DNA of 64,000 nucleotides from Spirochaetia bacterium (GTDB lineage Bacteria; Spirochaetota; Spirochaetia; UBA9216), in NCBI GenBank assembly GCA_963675665.1, contig OY776510.1:3008001-3072000 (forward strand), written 5' to 3'. The translations under genes were made by a program, and so were the position numbers. Positions 49,042 through 59,067 of the stretch are shown one piece after another (positions within the stretch are counted from its first letter, which is position 1; every line of letters starts with the position of its first letter). The notes beneath the pieces are model-generated. The model had not been told where the DNA came from, made no database searches, and saw only the letters and a program-made list of their open reading frames with translations.

Positions 49042-50442
49042 TCAAAAGATGAATATATCAAAGTAATGGAACAGGCAATTGAGAGAGGTCTTTCGGGAAT
49101 TGTTGTATATGATAAAGACGGTCGATTTATATATTGTAATAAAATACTGGAAATCCTGACGGGAATGCCGAGAGAACTGCTTGAATTGTCATCAGTAGAA
49201 GAATTAAAGGAACGGGAAAAACACGGAAGTTCTACAACCCTTATGGTCCTTGAAAAGAAAGAAGAAGTTCTTATTGAGCAGAATATGGTACATAACGGCA
49301 AATCTTATATTGCAAAGGGAATACCTTTTTTTGATGAAAATGATGAATTGAAATATGTGATTTCCAATATTATTGATATACCGCGGTTAGTGGATCTAAA
49401 AAAGAAACTTGAGAAAAACAATGATAGTGTCAAAAATGATAAAATCCTGAAAAATATGGGTTACGATCAAACAGATCTGGATGACAAGTTATTAATTTAC
49501 AGCAGCAGAGGGATGCAGAAGGTGATGGAAAAAATTCAGATGCTTAAAAGTTCTTCTGCAACTGTGCTGATTCAGGGAGAATCTGGAACGGGCAAAGAAG
49601 TTATTGCCAAAGTATTGCATGAAATCAGTGAAAGGAGAAATGAGAAATATGTGAAGATTAATTGTGGGGCAATTCCTGAAGCTTTATTTGAATCAGAATT
49701 GTTTGGTTATGCATCAGGTTCATTTACGGGTGGACATGCAAAAGGTAAAAAAGGATTGCTCGAGCATGCAAATAACGGTACGGTACTGCTTGATGAAATC
49801 AGCGAGATTCCTGTTAATTTGCAGTCAAAAATCTTAAGAGTATTGCAGGAAGGTGAATTACAGAAGATAGGCAGCAATGAACCTGTTAAAGTGGATATCA
49901 GATTTATCGCTGCATCCAATCTTGATCTGGCTGAGTTGGTTAAATCCGGTAAATTCAGAAGCGACCTGTATTACCGTTTGAATGTTATCCCGCTTGTATT
50001 GCCGCCGCTGCGTGAGCGGAAAGAAGATATTCCTCCATTGACATACCATTTTCTTCAGAAGCTTAACCGTAAATACTGTATGCAGAAGAAAATCTGTAAT
50101 GATGTAATCATTCAAATGCAAAAGATGATATTTAAAGGAAATATCAGAGAGCTCGAGAATCTGATCGAAAGGCTTTACTTTTTTTCAAAATCATCTGAAA
50201 TAACTGTTGAAGATTTCCTGCAGATGCAGACGGCATATGATTCATACGTAACGGAACAGAATGTGGGCGAACTTCAGCAATTGGATTATGGCAGGAGTTT
50301 GGATGAGTTGATGAACAGCCACGAAGAAAAAATACTTCGCCACTATAAATCTCTTTATGGAAGTTCAAGAAAAATCGCAGGAGTTCTTGATGTTGATCAG
50401 TCTACTATTTCCAGAAAATTTAAGAAATATAATATAAAATAA
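49012..50442 (+). CDS. Sigma54-dependent transcriptional activator (PAS-AAA+-HTH)
   Basis: PAS GIVVYDKDGRFIYCN; GESGTGKE, FESELFGY, GSFTGG (GAFTGA variant), LLDEI, FRSDLYYRLNV, GNIRELEN, HTH DQSTISRK. Confidence 0.96.
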   Translation: MNNKDFNGFSSKDEYIKVMEQAIERGLSGIVVYDKDGRFIYCNKILEILTGMPRELLELSSVEELKEREKHGSSTTLMVLEKKEEVLIEQNMVHNGKSYIAKGIPFFDENDELKYVISNIIDIPRLVDLKKKLEKNNDSVKNDKILKNMGYDQTDLDDKLLIYSSRGMQKVMEKIQMLKSSSATVLIQGESGTGKEVIAKVLHEISERRNEKYVKINCGAIPEALFESELFGYASGSFTGGHAKGKKGLLEHANNGTVLLDEISEIPVNLQSKILRVLQEGELQKIGSNEPVKVDIRFIAASNLDLAELVKSGKFRSDLYYRLNVIPLVLPPLRERKEDIPPLTYHFLQKLNRKYCMQKKICNDVIIQMQKMIFKGNIRELENLIERLYFFSKSSEITVEDFLQMQTAYDSYVTEQNVGELQQLDYGRSLDELMNSHEEKILRHYKSLYGSSRKIAGVLDVDQSTISRKFKKYNIK

Positions 50443-50514
50443 TGCATAAATGCATAAAATATGCAATTATGCAACATAAAACAAGAATAAATAGTGGTAT
50501 GGTGCATAAATGCA
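50443..50514. promoter_or_regulatory. Three TGCA-N4-TGCA palindromes, putative enhancer (UAS) for the activator
   Basis: TGCATAAATGCA 50443, TGCAATTATGCA 50462, TGCATAAATGCA 50503; 160-230 bp upstream of the -24/-12 site. Confidence 0.7.
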
Positions 50515-50673
50515 ACATATCTAATAAAAAATTGTCGTTTCTTCAGTTTTCAGGGACATATCAGATAAATCCAATAGATTAAAACCGTAGAAAATCCCTA
50601 AATCGTGAAAGTTTAGAAAAGAAAATCCTAAAAACAGACAGAATCCTCTATGCATATTTATTTGTTATGCTTT

Positions 50674-50689
50674 TGGCATAATACCTGCT
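50674..50689 (+). promoter_or_regulatory. Sigma54 -24/-12 promoter
   Basis: TGGCATAATACCTGCT, GG-N10-GC. Confidence 0.8.
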
Positions 50690-50749
50690 AAATGATTACA
50701 AATTATCCGGATGGTAATAATTATACATACAAGGAGGAATAATAAAACA

Positions 50750-51748
50750 ATGATAAATCAGAGTTTTATAGGATGTCACTATGATATCGGCTTTAAATTG
50801 GGCAGCAAATTGAGATTCATGAGGATTGATTTTAATAAAATTATAAACCTTAATGAATTTCAAAAGGATTTTGGAAAGAAGTCTCATGAAATCCTTTTGG
50901 ATGTTTTTCCGGAAATTTGTGAAGAAATCAGAGGGATTACCGACGGTTTAAAATTCTCCCATGAAAGATTTGCGTCATGGTTATTATGCATGGCATGTTG
51001 TCTTTTTGATGAAGGCTGCACCGCTATAGGTTTCAGACATAACGGCAAAGTTATATACGGACGCAATGGGGATCTTCCTCCTGAAATGAAAAAAGTCTGT
51101 CAGAGTTTTTATTACAAACTGGAGAACGGAATGGAATTTATAGGAAACTCTTCAGCAATGATAAACTTTGAAGAAGGCTACAATAACAGGGGGCTTGCTG
51201 TCGGCATGACGTTTGTTTTTCCGGCTGATATAAAACCCGGATTAAGTGCGGTCTTTCTTGTCAGGTATTTACTGGAAAAATGCGGCACTACTGAAGAGGC
51301 TGTTGAAGAATTAAAAAAGATACCTGTTGCATCGGCATGTAATATTTTGCTTGCAGATTTAAAAGGAGATATTGCAGTTGCAGAATGTGCGCCTGAAAAA
51401 ATGGTTGTAAGAGCTGCAGGGGCTGATGATTTTATTGTTGCAACAAATCATTTTGTTTCAGACGAAATGCTGGAATATTCAGATACTGAAAAAAATAATT
51501 TCCATGCAGACAGAAGATATAAAACGGCATATGAAGCATTGAAAAATAAACAGGGGAAAGATGCCGTTGAGTATGCAAAAGAAATTCTCGGTGGACGTTA
51601 CGGATTCATCTGTCAATATGAGGAAGAGTTGGATTTTGATACTTTATGGTCGACTGTTATTGATATTACTGAAAATAAAATCTATAGAGCGGAAGGCAAT
51701 CCTTCAGTAAAGAAGTTTATTCAGGATAAGAGATTATCAGGAAGGTAG
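50750..51748 (+). CDS. C45-family (Ntn-hydrolase, AAT-like) peptidase/acyltransferase
   Basis: HYDIGFKLG, EEIRGITDG, autocleavage site EG-CT, GRNGD, EGYNNRGLAV, ATNHF; start set after AGGAGG. Confidence 0.9.
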   Translation: MINQSFIGCHYDIGFKLGSKLRFMRIDFNKIINLNEFQKDFGKKSHEILLDVFPEICEEIRGITDGLKFSHERFASWLLCMACCLFDEGCTAIGFRHNGKVIYGRNGDLPPEMKKVCQSFYYKLENGMEFIGNSSAMINFEEGYNNRGLAVGMTFVFPADIKPGLSAVFLVRYLLEKCGTTEEAVEELKKIPVASACNILLADLKGDIAVAECAPEKMVVRAAGADDFIVATNHFVSDEMLEYSDTEKNNFHADRRYKTAYEALKNKQGKDAVEYAKEILGGRYGFICQYEEELDFDTLWSTVIDITENKIYRAEGNPSVKKFIQDKRLSGR

Positions 51749-51754
51749 AGAGAT

Positions 51755-52003
51755 ATGAATGAAAGAGCGGAAAATAGAACGAAATACGGAAACAGGCTTT
51801 TTGTATTGCCGAAAAAGAAAAAAGAAATTGCGGTCTTTATAATGATGCTTATCGTAATACTTTTCGGGGTATCACCGGTTATTAACCTTGCAAACACGCC
51901 TTCTTTGATTTTTGGGGTCCCTTCAGTTATGGTTCTGGCCGTATTGGTGCCGGTTCTGATTGTGATTGTTTTATCACTGGCAAGAAAATGGGGGGTGAAG
52001 TAA
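51755..52003 (+). CDS. Small two-TM partner of the sodium:solute symporter
   Basis: Two hydrophobic helices with P.IFGVP; stop overlaps the SSS start. Confidence 0.75.
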   Translation: MNERAENRTKYGNRLFVLPKKKKEIAVFIMMLIVILFGVSPVINLANTPSLIFGVPSVMVLAVLVPVLIVIVLSLARKWGVK

Positions 52004-53520
52004 TGGAGAAGTGGATTCTTCCTTTTTGTATAACAATATCATATACGATTATTACGGTTTTCCTGGGTCTCAAATCGAGAGGCAAAATGAATATGCGGAA
52101 AATGGAGAACTGGTCGATAAGCGGAAATACTATCGGGGTTGTCGTCACTTTTTTTCTGTGCGGAGCAGCTAATATCAGTGCATATACTTTTATGGGTGCT
52201 CCTGCCTGGGGATATTTAAAAGGTGTTGCAGCCTTTTATATTCTGGTAGGTTTGTCATTAACTGCTTTTACCGGATATCTTGCCGGCCCAAGAATTAATA
52301 AACTTGCACAGAAAGAAAAGATAATTACCCTGGCTGAAGCATACGGGATAAGGTATGAAAGTAAATTCCTGAGGGCGGTAACCGGTATTGTAGGCGGATT
52401 GGCAACAATAGGAATGTCGGTAATACAGATAATCGGCGTCGGATATATTCTTTTTGTAATGAGCGGAAAACATCTGCCTTTATGGGCCGGTCAGCTGATT
52501 GTGTTAATTGCAATTTTTATCTATGTATTTATCAGCGGAGTGAGGGCTATAGGCTGGACGAATGTTCTGCAGGGCATAATGATGTTTATTTTATCCATCG
52601 CCGTATGCCTGCTGATTATGAATAAGATAAACGGGAATATAAACCTGGGTAGTGTGTTTACAGCTGTAGCTGAAGTAAAACCGGCACATTTAACTTTACC
52701 TGGTTCTTTGGGTGATATGCCGCCTGTTTTCTGGACGACTTCCGCTATAGTGACAATGTTGTCTTTCTGGCCCGGGTATTGGACAAGTTATGCCAGCGCC
52801 AAATCGGAAAGCACGGTAAGAAATGCAAATATTTACCTTCCCGTATATTATCTGATTATGGCTCCTATGATTATCGTCGGCTTTATCAGTGTTTATGCCT
52901 ATACGGAATATAAAGGTCCGGCCGACAGCGTGGCTTTAAGTTTTATTATGAAGGAGTTACCCTGGTGGGTTGTCGGTTTGTTCGGCGCCGGGGTTCTGGC
53001 TTCAGCCCAGTCGACCAGTGAACCGCAATTTCATACAACTGCTTTAACTCTTTCTCATGATGTGATTATGCCGTTTAAAAAAGAAAAAGCCGGGAAAACG
53101 GAAGGTCTGCTGCAACGATGGCTGCTTCTGCCTGTAATGTTTGGAATAGTCCTTCCTCTGGCAATATTAAAACCGGCCAATATGGTTTATATAAATCTTT
53201 TCTGTATTGGATTTGTGGTACAACTTACGCCGCTTTTATTATTCGGAATATTTCTCTGGCCCAGAAGCACAAAAGCCGGAGCTGCAGCGGGAGTTATAGC
53301 CGGAGTAATAGTGGTTATAGCATGCAATTTTATATGGAAGAATCCGCTTGGAATTCATGCCGGTATCTGGGGATGGATGTTTAATATACCAATTCACATT
53401 ATTGTCAGCCTTGTAACACGTCCTGTAAAGAGAGAGACGCTGGAAAAATTCCATGACAAAGAAATAGTTAATGAATTCTATAAAGTGAACGCAGCAGAAG
53501 GAATAAGCAGGCAAGGTTAG
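52003..53520 (+). CDS. Sodium:solute symporter (SSS) family transporter
   Basis: ISAYTFMGAP, SGVRAIGWTNVLQG, AGVLASAQST, WPRSTKAGA; ~13 TM. Confidence 0.93.
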   Translation: MEKWILPFCITISYTIITVFLGLKSRGKMNMRKMENWSISGNTIGVVVTFFLCGAANISAYTFMGAPAWGYLKGVAAFYILVGLSLTAFTGYLAGPRINKLAQKEKIITLAEAYGIRYESKFLRAVTGIVGGLATIGMSVIQIIGVGYILFVMSGKHLPLWAGQLIVLIAIFIYVFISGVRAIGWTNVLQGIMMFILSIAVCLLIMNKINGNINLGSVFTAVAEVKPAHLTLPGSLGDMPPVFWTTSAIVTMLSFWPGYWTSYASAKSESTVRNANIYLPVYYLIMAPMIIVGFISVYAYTEYKGPADSVALSFIMKELPWWVVGLFGAGVLASAQSTSEPQFHTTALTLSHDVIMPFKKEKAGKTEGLLQRWLLLPVMFGIVLPLAILKPANMVYINLFCIGFVVQLTPLLLFGIFLWPRSTKAGAAAGVIAGVIVVIACNFIWKNPLGIHAGIWGWMFNIPIHIIVSLVTRPVKRETLEKFHDKEIVNEFYKVNAAEGISRQG

Positions 53521-53552
53521 CAAATTAAACTGCAAAATATCAGGAGTACTTA

Positions 53553-55193
53553 ATGAAAGAAATATATACAAATACGTATGAGCCCGAATATGCTGATACG
53601 GTATTTTTAAATGGTAAAGTAATAACTGTAAATTCCAGGAACGAGATAGCGGAAGCGGTTGCTGTAAAAGAAAATAAAATAAAATTTTGCGGTTCAAAAA
53701 ACAGAGTTAAAGACTGGATTGGAAGTGAAACCGAGGTTATAGATTTAAACGGCAGAATTCTTATGCCCGGATTTATTGACAGTCATATGCATTTTCAGGT
53801 GATGGGAATGCTGATGGGGCCGATACTGAATGTTAATTTTGAAAATGCAGAATCGATAAAAGATATTCAAAAATTGATAGCGGATAAAGTAAAAGACAAG
53901 AAGCCGGGAGAATGGATTGTCTGTGCCGGATACGATAATAACAAACTGAAAGAAAAAAGGCATCCGGGAATTGAAGAGCTTGATGTTGTCGCTCCGGATA
54001 ATCCTGTAAGAGTCGGCCGATGTGACGGGCATATGGGGGTCTGTAATTCTCTTGCTTTAAAAATTGCCGGGATATCGGCGGATTCCGGACCTTCGGATGA
54101 AGTAATAGTTGAAAACGGAAAACTGACCGGACTGCTGAAAGAGATGACTTTTATCAACGTGGCGAACCATTTTCAGTTTACTGAAGAAGATTTGCTTGAA
54201 GGTTTAAAGGCCGGAAACGAACTGATGCTGAAATACGGTATTACTACTGTTCATGATGCGGGGCTGGAAGGCCCCGGCGGTATGCGTTTTATTGAAACCG
54301 CCAGCAGAGCCGGGGATATTAAAGTAAGATTGCATGTAATGATTTCCGATCTTTCAGGTTTTGAGAAAAATGAAAGGTTACTGGAATCCTATATTAAAAC
54401 AGGTTTGACCAGCGGATTTGGTAATGAGCGTTTTTCGATTGGACCGTTTAAGATAATAACGGACGGCAGCAGCAGCGGACCCACATGTGTTATGAAGGAA
54501 CCATTTTCTCATGATTCGAATTTAAAAGGATTTCCGCTATGTACACCGGAAGACGCGGAGAGGGTGCTGACAAAGGCTCATAATGCAGGAAACCGGATAA
54601 CCGGTCACGCTCAGGGAGATTTCTCGATTGATTTTTTACTCGATATCATCGGGAAAATTATGAATGGCAATCAGGGTACAGCCTGCAGACCCCGAATTGA
54701 GCATGCCGGAATGATGACGCCTGCTCTTATTGAAAAGATGAAAAAGTATAATGTGATACCTACACCGAATCCGGGATTTATCGAATTATACGGCAGCGAT
54801 TATAAAAGGTTTTACGGAGAAAGGGTTGGTTATATGTATCCGCTTAAATCGTATCTGGATGCCGGTATTCCGGCTGCAATAGGTTCTGATGCGCCTGTAA
54901 ATAATTGTAATCCGATGCTGGCTTTATACGGAGCAGTTACACGTACCGATTCAAGAACAAAAGAGATTATAGGTGAAAAACAAAAAATTAATATTATCGA
55001 TGCAATCCGTATGTATACATATAACGGCGCTTATGCAAGCTTTGAAGAAAAAATCAAGGGGAGTATTGAGACCGGAAAGCTTGCGGATTTGATTGTTCTT
55101 TCTGAAGACATACTGTCCGTCGATTGCGAAGATATCAGGAAAATTGAAGTTGACCTGACAATGATAGACGGTGAAATAGTTTACAGGCGTTGA
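53553..55193 (+). CDS. YtcJ-like metal-dependent amidohydrolase (amidohydrolase 3)
   Basis: MPGFIDSHMH, DGH, GITTVHDAG, HAQGD, RIEHA, GSDAPV, GSIETGKLADLIVLS. Confidence 0.95.
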   Translation: MKEIYTNTYEPEYADTVFLNGKVITVNSRNEIAEAVAVKENKIKFCGSKNRVKDWIGSETEVIDLNGRILMPGFIDSHMHFQVMGMLMGPILNVNFENAESIKDIQKLIADKVKDKKPGEWIVCAGYDNNKLKEKRHPGIEELDVVAPDNPVRVGRCDGHMGVCNSLALKIAGISADSGPSDEVIVENGKLTGLLKEMTFINVANHFQFTEEDLLEGLKAGNELMLKYGITTVHDAGLEGPGGMRFIETASRAGDIKVRLHVMISDLSGFEKNERLLESYIKTGLTSGFGNERFSIGPFKIITDGSSSGPTCVMKEPFSHDSNLKGFPLCTPEDAERVLTKAHNAGNRITGHAQGDFSIDFLLDIIGKIMNGNQGTACRPRIEHAGMMTPALIEKMKKYNVIPTPNPGFIELYGSDYKRFYGERVGYMYPLKSYLDAGIPAAIGSDAPVNNCNPMLALYGAVTRTDSRTKEIIGEKQKINIIDAIRMYTYNGAYASFEEKIKGSIETGKLADLIVLSEDILSVDCEDIRKIEVDLTMIDGEIVYRR

Positions 55194-55227
55194 TTATATT
55201 CAAATTGTATATTAACTGGAGAAGAAA

Positions 55228-56583
55228 ATGGAATATGGATTTTTATCAACAATACCGATACTTACTCTTATTATTGGAGTAGTAATAACAAAAAAGATGA
55301 CTGAAATGCTGCTTCTATCCACTCTGGTTGGGGCAGTGATTATATTTAGAGGAGGCTTTTTCAGCGGTTATATCAGTTTGCTCTATGGGACTATAAGTGC
55401 TGAATCATATCAGTTTCTTTTTCTAATCCTTCTCGGTTTCGGACCTTTTATTACCCTGTTTGAAAAATCCGGAGCAATGATGGGTTTTTCCAAAATAATG
55501 TCAAAACTTGCAAGAACTAAAAAACTTGCATTATTTTCAACCTGGCTCCTGGGGATAATTATTTTTATTGACGACTATTTAAACGCTCTCACTGTGTCAG
55601 CTTCAATGAAGCATATAACCGACAGGCTGGGAATCCCACGGGAACATCTCGCATATACGGTGAATTCAATGGGGGCCTGCGTCTGCGTGTTAATTCCGTT
55701 TACCAGCTGGGCGGCTTTTGCAATCGGGTGCATGGGAAATTTCAATATGGGGTTCTATGATTATATTAAGACGATTCCGTATATGTTTTATCCGTGGATT
55801 GCAATAGTAATAAGTCTTTTGCTGGGCATAGGTTTATTTCCAAAAATCGGGCCGATGAAAAAAGCCTACGTCCGTGTTGAAAACGGCGGAACAACAACAT
55901 TGCCGGTTGTTGAAGACGGACCAAAACCGATAATTAATATTGAGAGTGCGGAAGATGTTGCACCAGGAAACCCAATCAATTTTATTTTACCTGTTATTGT
56001 ATTGGTAGCTGCAATGATTTTTTTTAATAATGATTTAATTCACGGTTTGATAGCAGGTTTGATAACACAGGCCATACTGTATATCGGTCAGAAAATTATG
56101 AAACCGGTCGCGTTTGTTAATGGTTTTATGGAAGGTATTACCAATATGGCCAACCTGATATTCGTAATATTAATCGGCTTTACCCTTGCCGGTATTAACG
56201 AGCAGCTTGGTTTCTCGGAATACATGATAGATGTTTTTACAAGAAACATTCATCCCGCTTTTCTTCCTGCAATTACTTTTATATTAAGCGCGTTAGTTGC
56301 GTTTGCATCCGGCAGCTTCTGGGCTTTGGTAGTCATTGCCGCCCCGGTTTTTATTCCATTGGCCCAGAATCTCGGTATGAATCCACTGATTCTTGTTGCT
56401 GGTATCATGTCGGGAATTGCTTTGGGAAGTCAGGCCTGTTTTTATTCGGATGCTGTTTTTATGACGGCTGCGGGAACAGGTGTTTCAAATGTACCCCAGG
56501 TTAAAGCCGCTTTGCCGTATGTAGGCATAGGAACTGCAATTGCAATAATCGGATTCCTGATAGTTGGTTTTGCAGCAGTATAA
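55228..56583 (+). CDS. NhaC-family transporter (likely amino acid/Na+)
   Basis: IFIDDYLNAL, REHLAY, LIPFTSWA, IPYMFY, FASGSFW. Confidence 0.88.
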   Translation: MEYGFLSTIPILTLIIGVVITKKMTEMLLLSTLVGAVIIFRGGFFSGYISLLYGTISAESYQFLFLILLGFGPFITLFEKSGAMMGFSKIMSKLARTKKLALFSTWLLGIIIFIDDYLNALTVSASMKHITDRLGIPREHLAYTVNSMGACVCVLIPFTSWAAFAIGCMGNFNMGFYDYIKTIPYMFYPWIAIVISLLLGIGLFPKIGPMKKAYVRVENGGTTTLPVVEDGPKPIINIESAEDVAPGNPINFILPVIVLVAAMIFFNNDLIHGLIAGLITQAILYIGQKIMKPVAFVNGFMEGITNMANLIFVILIGFTLAGINEQLGFSEYMIDVFTRNIHPAFLPAITFILSALVAFASGSFWALVVIAAPVFIPLAQNLGMNPLILVAGIMSGIALGSQACFYSDAVFMTAAGTGVSNVPQVKAALPYVGIGTAIAIIGFLIVGFAAV

Positions 56584-56601
56584 AATTAAAGGAGAAAAAT
56601 A

Positions 56602-57741
56602 ATGAAAAAAGCAACAGCATATTTACTTAATCACGAAGGGACAAATGAAGAAATCGGGCGGCGCCTGGGGGAATGGATTAAGTCCGTACCGGAAGGCGAG
56701 AAATGGCTGGATATCCCTGTGGATATTTTCCCGAAAAAAGATGTCCGCAAGATAGAAGAAATGTATAAAATATATGATAAATTCTGTCCCGGTATAAATG
56801 AGGAAATCAGCAGTTTTGCCGAAGCAATAGATACAGATGCTGAAAAGGTTTTCTTTTATTTAATAAGTTTTATGAATGCCGGATGTAACGTAATGGGTGT
56901 AAGACCGGAACGGAATATCGACGGGCATACCATTCTCGCATATACATATGATTTTACGGATACCCTCGAAGAAATGTGTCTTGCCGGCAACGCGGTAAAA
57001 AATAAGTACAGGTATGCCGGATCTCAGTGCAATGTTTTCGGCCGCAGCAACGGAATCAATGAGCATGGGCTTGCAATGTGCCAGTCTTCAAACGGGATTC
57101 CGGTAACTAATGTTGAAGGAATGGGCCTGGACGCAAAAGTAACCGGATTAACATTCTGGTGTGTGATACGAAGTCTGCTGGAGAATTGCAGGGATATTTA
57201 TGAAGCCCTTGCATATCTGAAAGATATGCCGATCGCATATAATATGAATTTGATGATGGGCGACAAGTCCGGGGATGTTGTTTTATTTGAAAATCTGGAC
57301 GGATTCAAACTTCATAAAATTGTTTCGAGTTCTGATGATCAAGAATGTATATTCGCAAGTAACCACGCTGTTTTACCCGAAATGCTCGATATTGAAAAAC
57401 AGAGATGGAATTGTTCGGTAATCCGGTATAGAAAAATCAGGGAACTTTTCTTATCAAAAGAAAAAATAAAAAAGGATGATATAAAACAGCTTATATCAAA
57501 AAAATATCCCGATGGATTATGTACTCATTATTACGGAATGGAATATATGTTCGGTATGCTTTACAGCGGCATACTTGATCCGCATGAAATGACAATCGAT
57601 GTTGTGTTCGGCAGTCCAGAATATAACCCGTGGCGAAAATTCGAAATAGACAAAAAGATTGATGAATCAGAGTTTGAGATTATACTTCCGTATGAAGATG
57701 CTCCTGACGGTTTTTATGAAATGACCGATGAATTGCCTTAA
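56602..57741 (+). CDS. Second C45-family peptidase/acyltransferase
   Basis: AG-CN cleavage site, LAYTYDF, GRSNGINEHGL, ASNH, CTHYY..FGMLYS. Confidence 0.88.
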   Translation: MKKATAYLLNHEGTNEEIGRRLGEWIKSVPEGEKWLDIPVDIFPKKDVRKIEEMYKIYDKFCPGINEEISSFAEAIDTDAEKVFFYLISFMNAGCNVMGVRPERNIDGHTILAYTYDFTDTLEEMCLAGNAVKNKYRYAGSQCNVFGRSNGINEHGLAMCQSSNGIPVTNVEGMGLDAKVTGLTFWCVIRSLLENCRDIYEALAYLKDMPIAYNMNLMMGDKSGDVVLFENLDGFKLHKIVSSSDDQECIFASNHAVLPEMLDIEKQRWNCSVIRYRKIRELFLSKEKIKKDDIKQLISKKYPDGLCTHYYGMEYMFGMLYSGILDPHEMTIDVVFGSPEYNPWRKFEIDKKIDESEFEIILPYEDAPDGFYEMTDELP

Positions 57742-57833
57742 TCTGTCTTGATATAAATGTTCCGCAACAGCTGTAGCTGGTGCGGAGAAATCCTGACAAT
57801 CAGAATCCCTTTCAATAAATAGAGGATGCAAAT

Positions 57834-59045
57834 ATGAACAAAATTGAATCAAAAGTAAAATTATTACCAGGGGTATCAATAATCGTTTTTCTTGCAATTA
57901 TGCTATATCTGGGAATGTTGAGGATTGAAGAAACTCTTTTGGAAAGTCCGAAGATTTACGGATATTTTGAATTGGTTTCACAAATGCAAAACAGGATTAT
58001 GTCAAAGATTTTCTGGATACTGGGAGATTATACGGAAGCTGTTTTATATAAATCTTTACCGGCAAGCCTCGGTTTGCTGGCCGGAAGTATAATTGCTCAT
58101 ATTTTATGCAGGAAGAAGCCTGAGTTTAAAATTTATTCCGTTTCATTCGGAATGGGCTTACTTCCCTGGATTTTATTCAGTACCTTCATCGGATTAACAA
58201 TATCAACCTTTATATATTCCAAAGATGTCGCACTTCTTGGCTGGGCCCCGACTTTTTTGCCGGGATGCTCAATTCCTGCAGCGTTGATTGTCATGTATGG
58301 GGGCGGCTGGAGAACTACCGTCACAGGAGGAGTGCTGGCGGGAGTGATACAATTCCCGTTCGCAAAAATCGGGGTTTTTATTGCAACAAAGCTGCAACTG
58401 CCTCCGTTCACATTTATTACAATTATCGGAATGTGTATTTCCAGCATTATTGTAATAGAAATATTCAGAATCCTGCCGTGGAACAGGGGGCTGGTAAAAG
58501 GAAATGTCGCCCCGCATTATGATCCATATGTTAAAAAGAATGATATTGCTCCAAAGCTGTCTGTTTTCTGGCTTCTTCGCAGAGGAATAACGGATTTAAC
58601 AGAACTTTCCTTTATTGGAAGTGAGATTGCAGCCGTTGGTTTGCTTTTGGGAGCAGTAGTCAGCTGGCTGTTGAACCCCGCCCATATTTGTTACGGGATC
58701 CCGAAATTATTTCCTGCAATTCTGCTGACACAAATATTAAGCGGAGTTCTTTGTGCATATATCTATTTTAGTAAATGGAGAGATAAAGGATATCACTATA
58801 CTTTTGCTTCTGTCATAGGCGCCTCTGTTTGTGTAATGCATTTCGGAGTATCATTACCAATAATTCTTGTTTCAGTGATTTTAAATGTATTAATTACTAC
58901 TCCCATTGTCAGCTTCGGTGCCGAATTCATGATGAAAAAAGTTCGACGTTATCCTGTAATGTGTGGCGTAGTTGTTTGTATGGGCTTTTGTATTGGAGGA
59001 ATTTCATTTGTTATGAGATTTATTCTGACAGCAGTATTCCTATAA
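57834..59045 (+). CDS. Polytopic membrane protein of unknown function with internal duplication
   Basis: ~10 hydrophobic helices; duplicated GDYTEA/TDLTEL and GWAPTF/GYHYTF motifs. Confidence 0.75.
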   Translation: MNKIESKVKLLPGVSIIVFLAIMLYLGMLRIEETLLESPKIYGYFELVSQMQNRIMSKIFWILGDYTEAVLYKSLPASLGLLAGSIIAHILCRKKPEFKIYSVSFGMGLLPWILFSTFIGLTISTFIYSKDVALLGWAPTFLPGCSIPAALIVMYGGGWRTTVTGGVLAGVIQFPFAKIGVFIATKLQLPPFTFITIIGMCISSIIVIEIFRILPWNRGLVKGNVAPHYDPYVKKNDIAPKLSVFWLLRRGITDLTELSFIGSEIAAVGLLLGAVVSWLLNPAHICYGIPKLFPAILLTQILSGVLCAYIYFSKWRDKGYHYTFASVIGASVCVMHFGVSLPIILVSVILNVLITTPIVSFGAEFMMKKVRRYPVMCGVVVCMGFCIGGISFVMRFILTAVFL

Positions 59046-59067
59046 ATGCTGAAGGAGGGGAAGCAGA

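Noticed and set aside
50443-50520. Short repeats as a CRISPR array
   Set aside because: 12-bp palindromes without spacers or cas genes; better explained as activator binding sites
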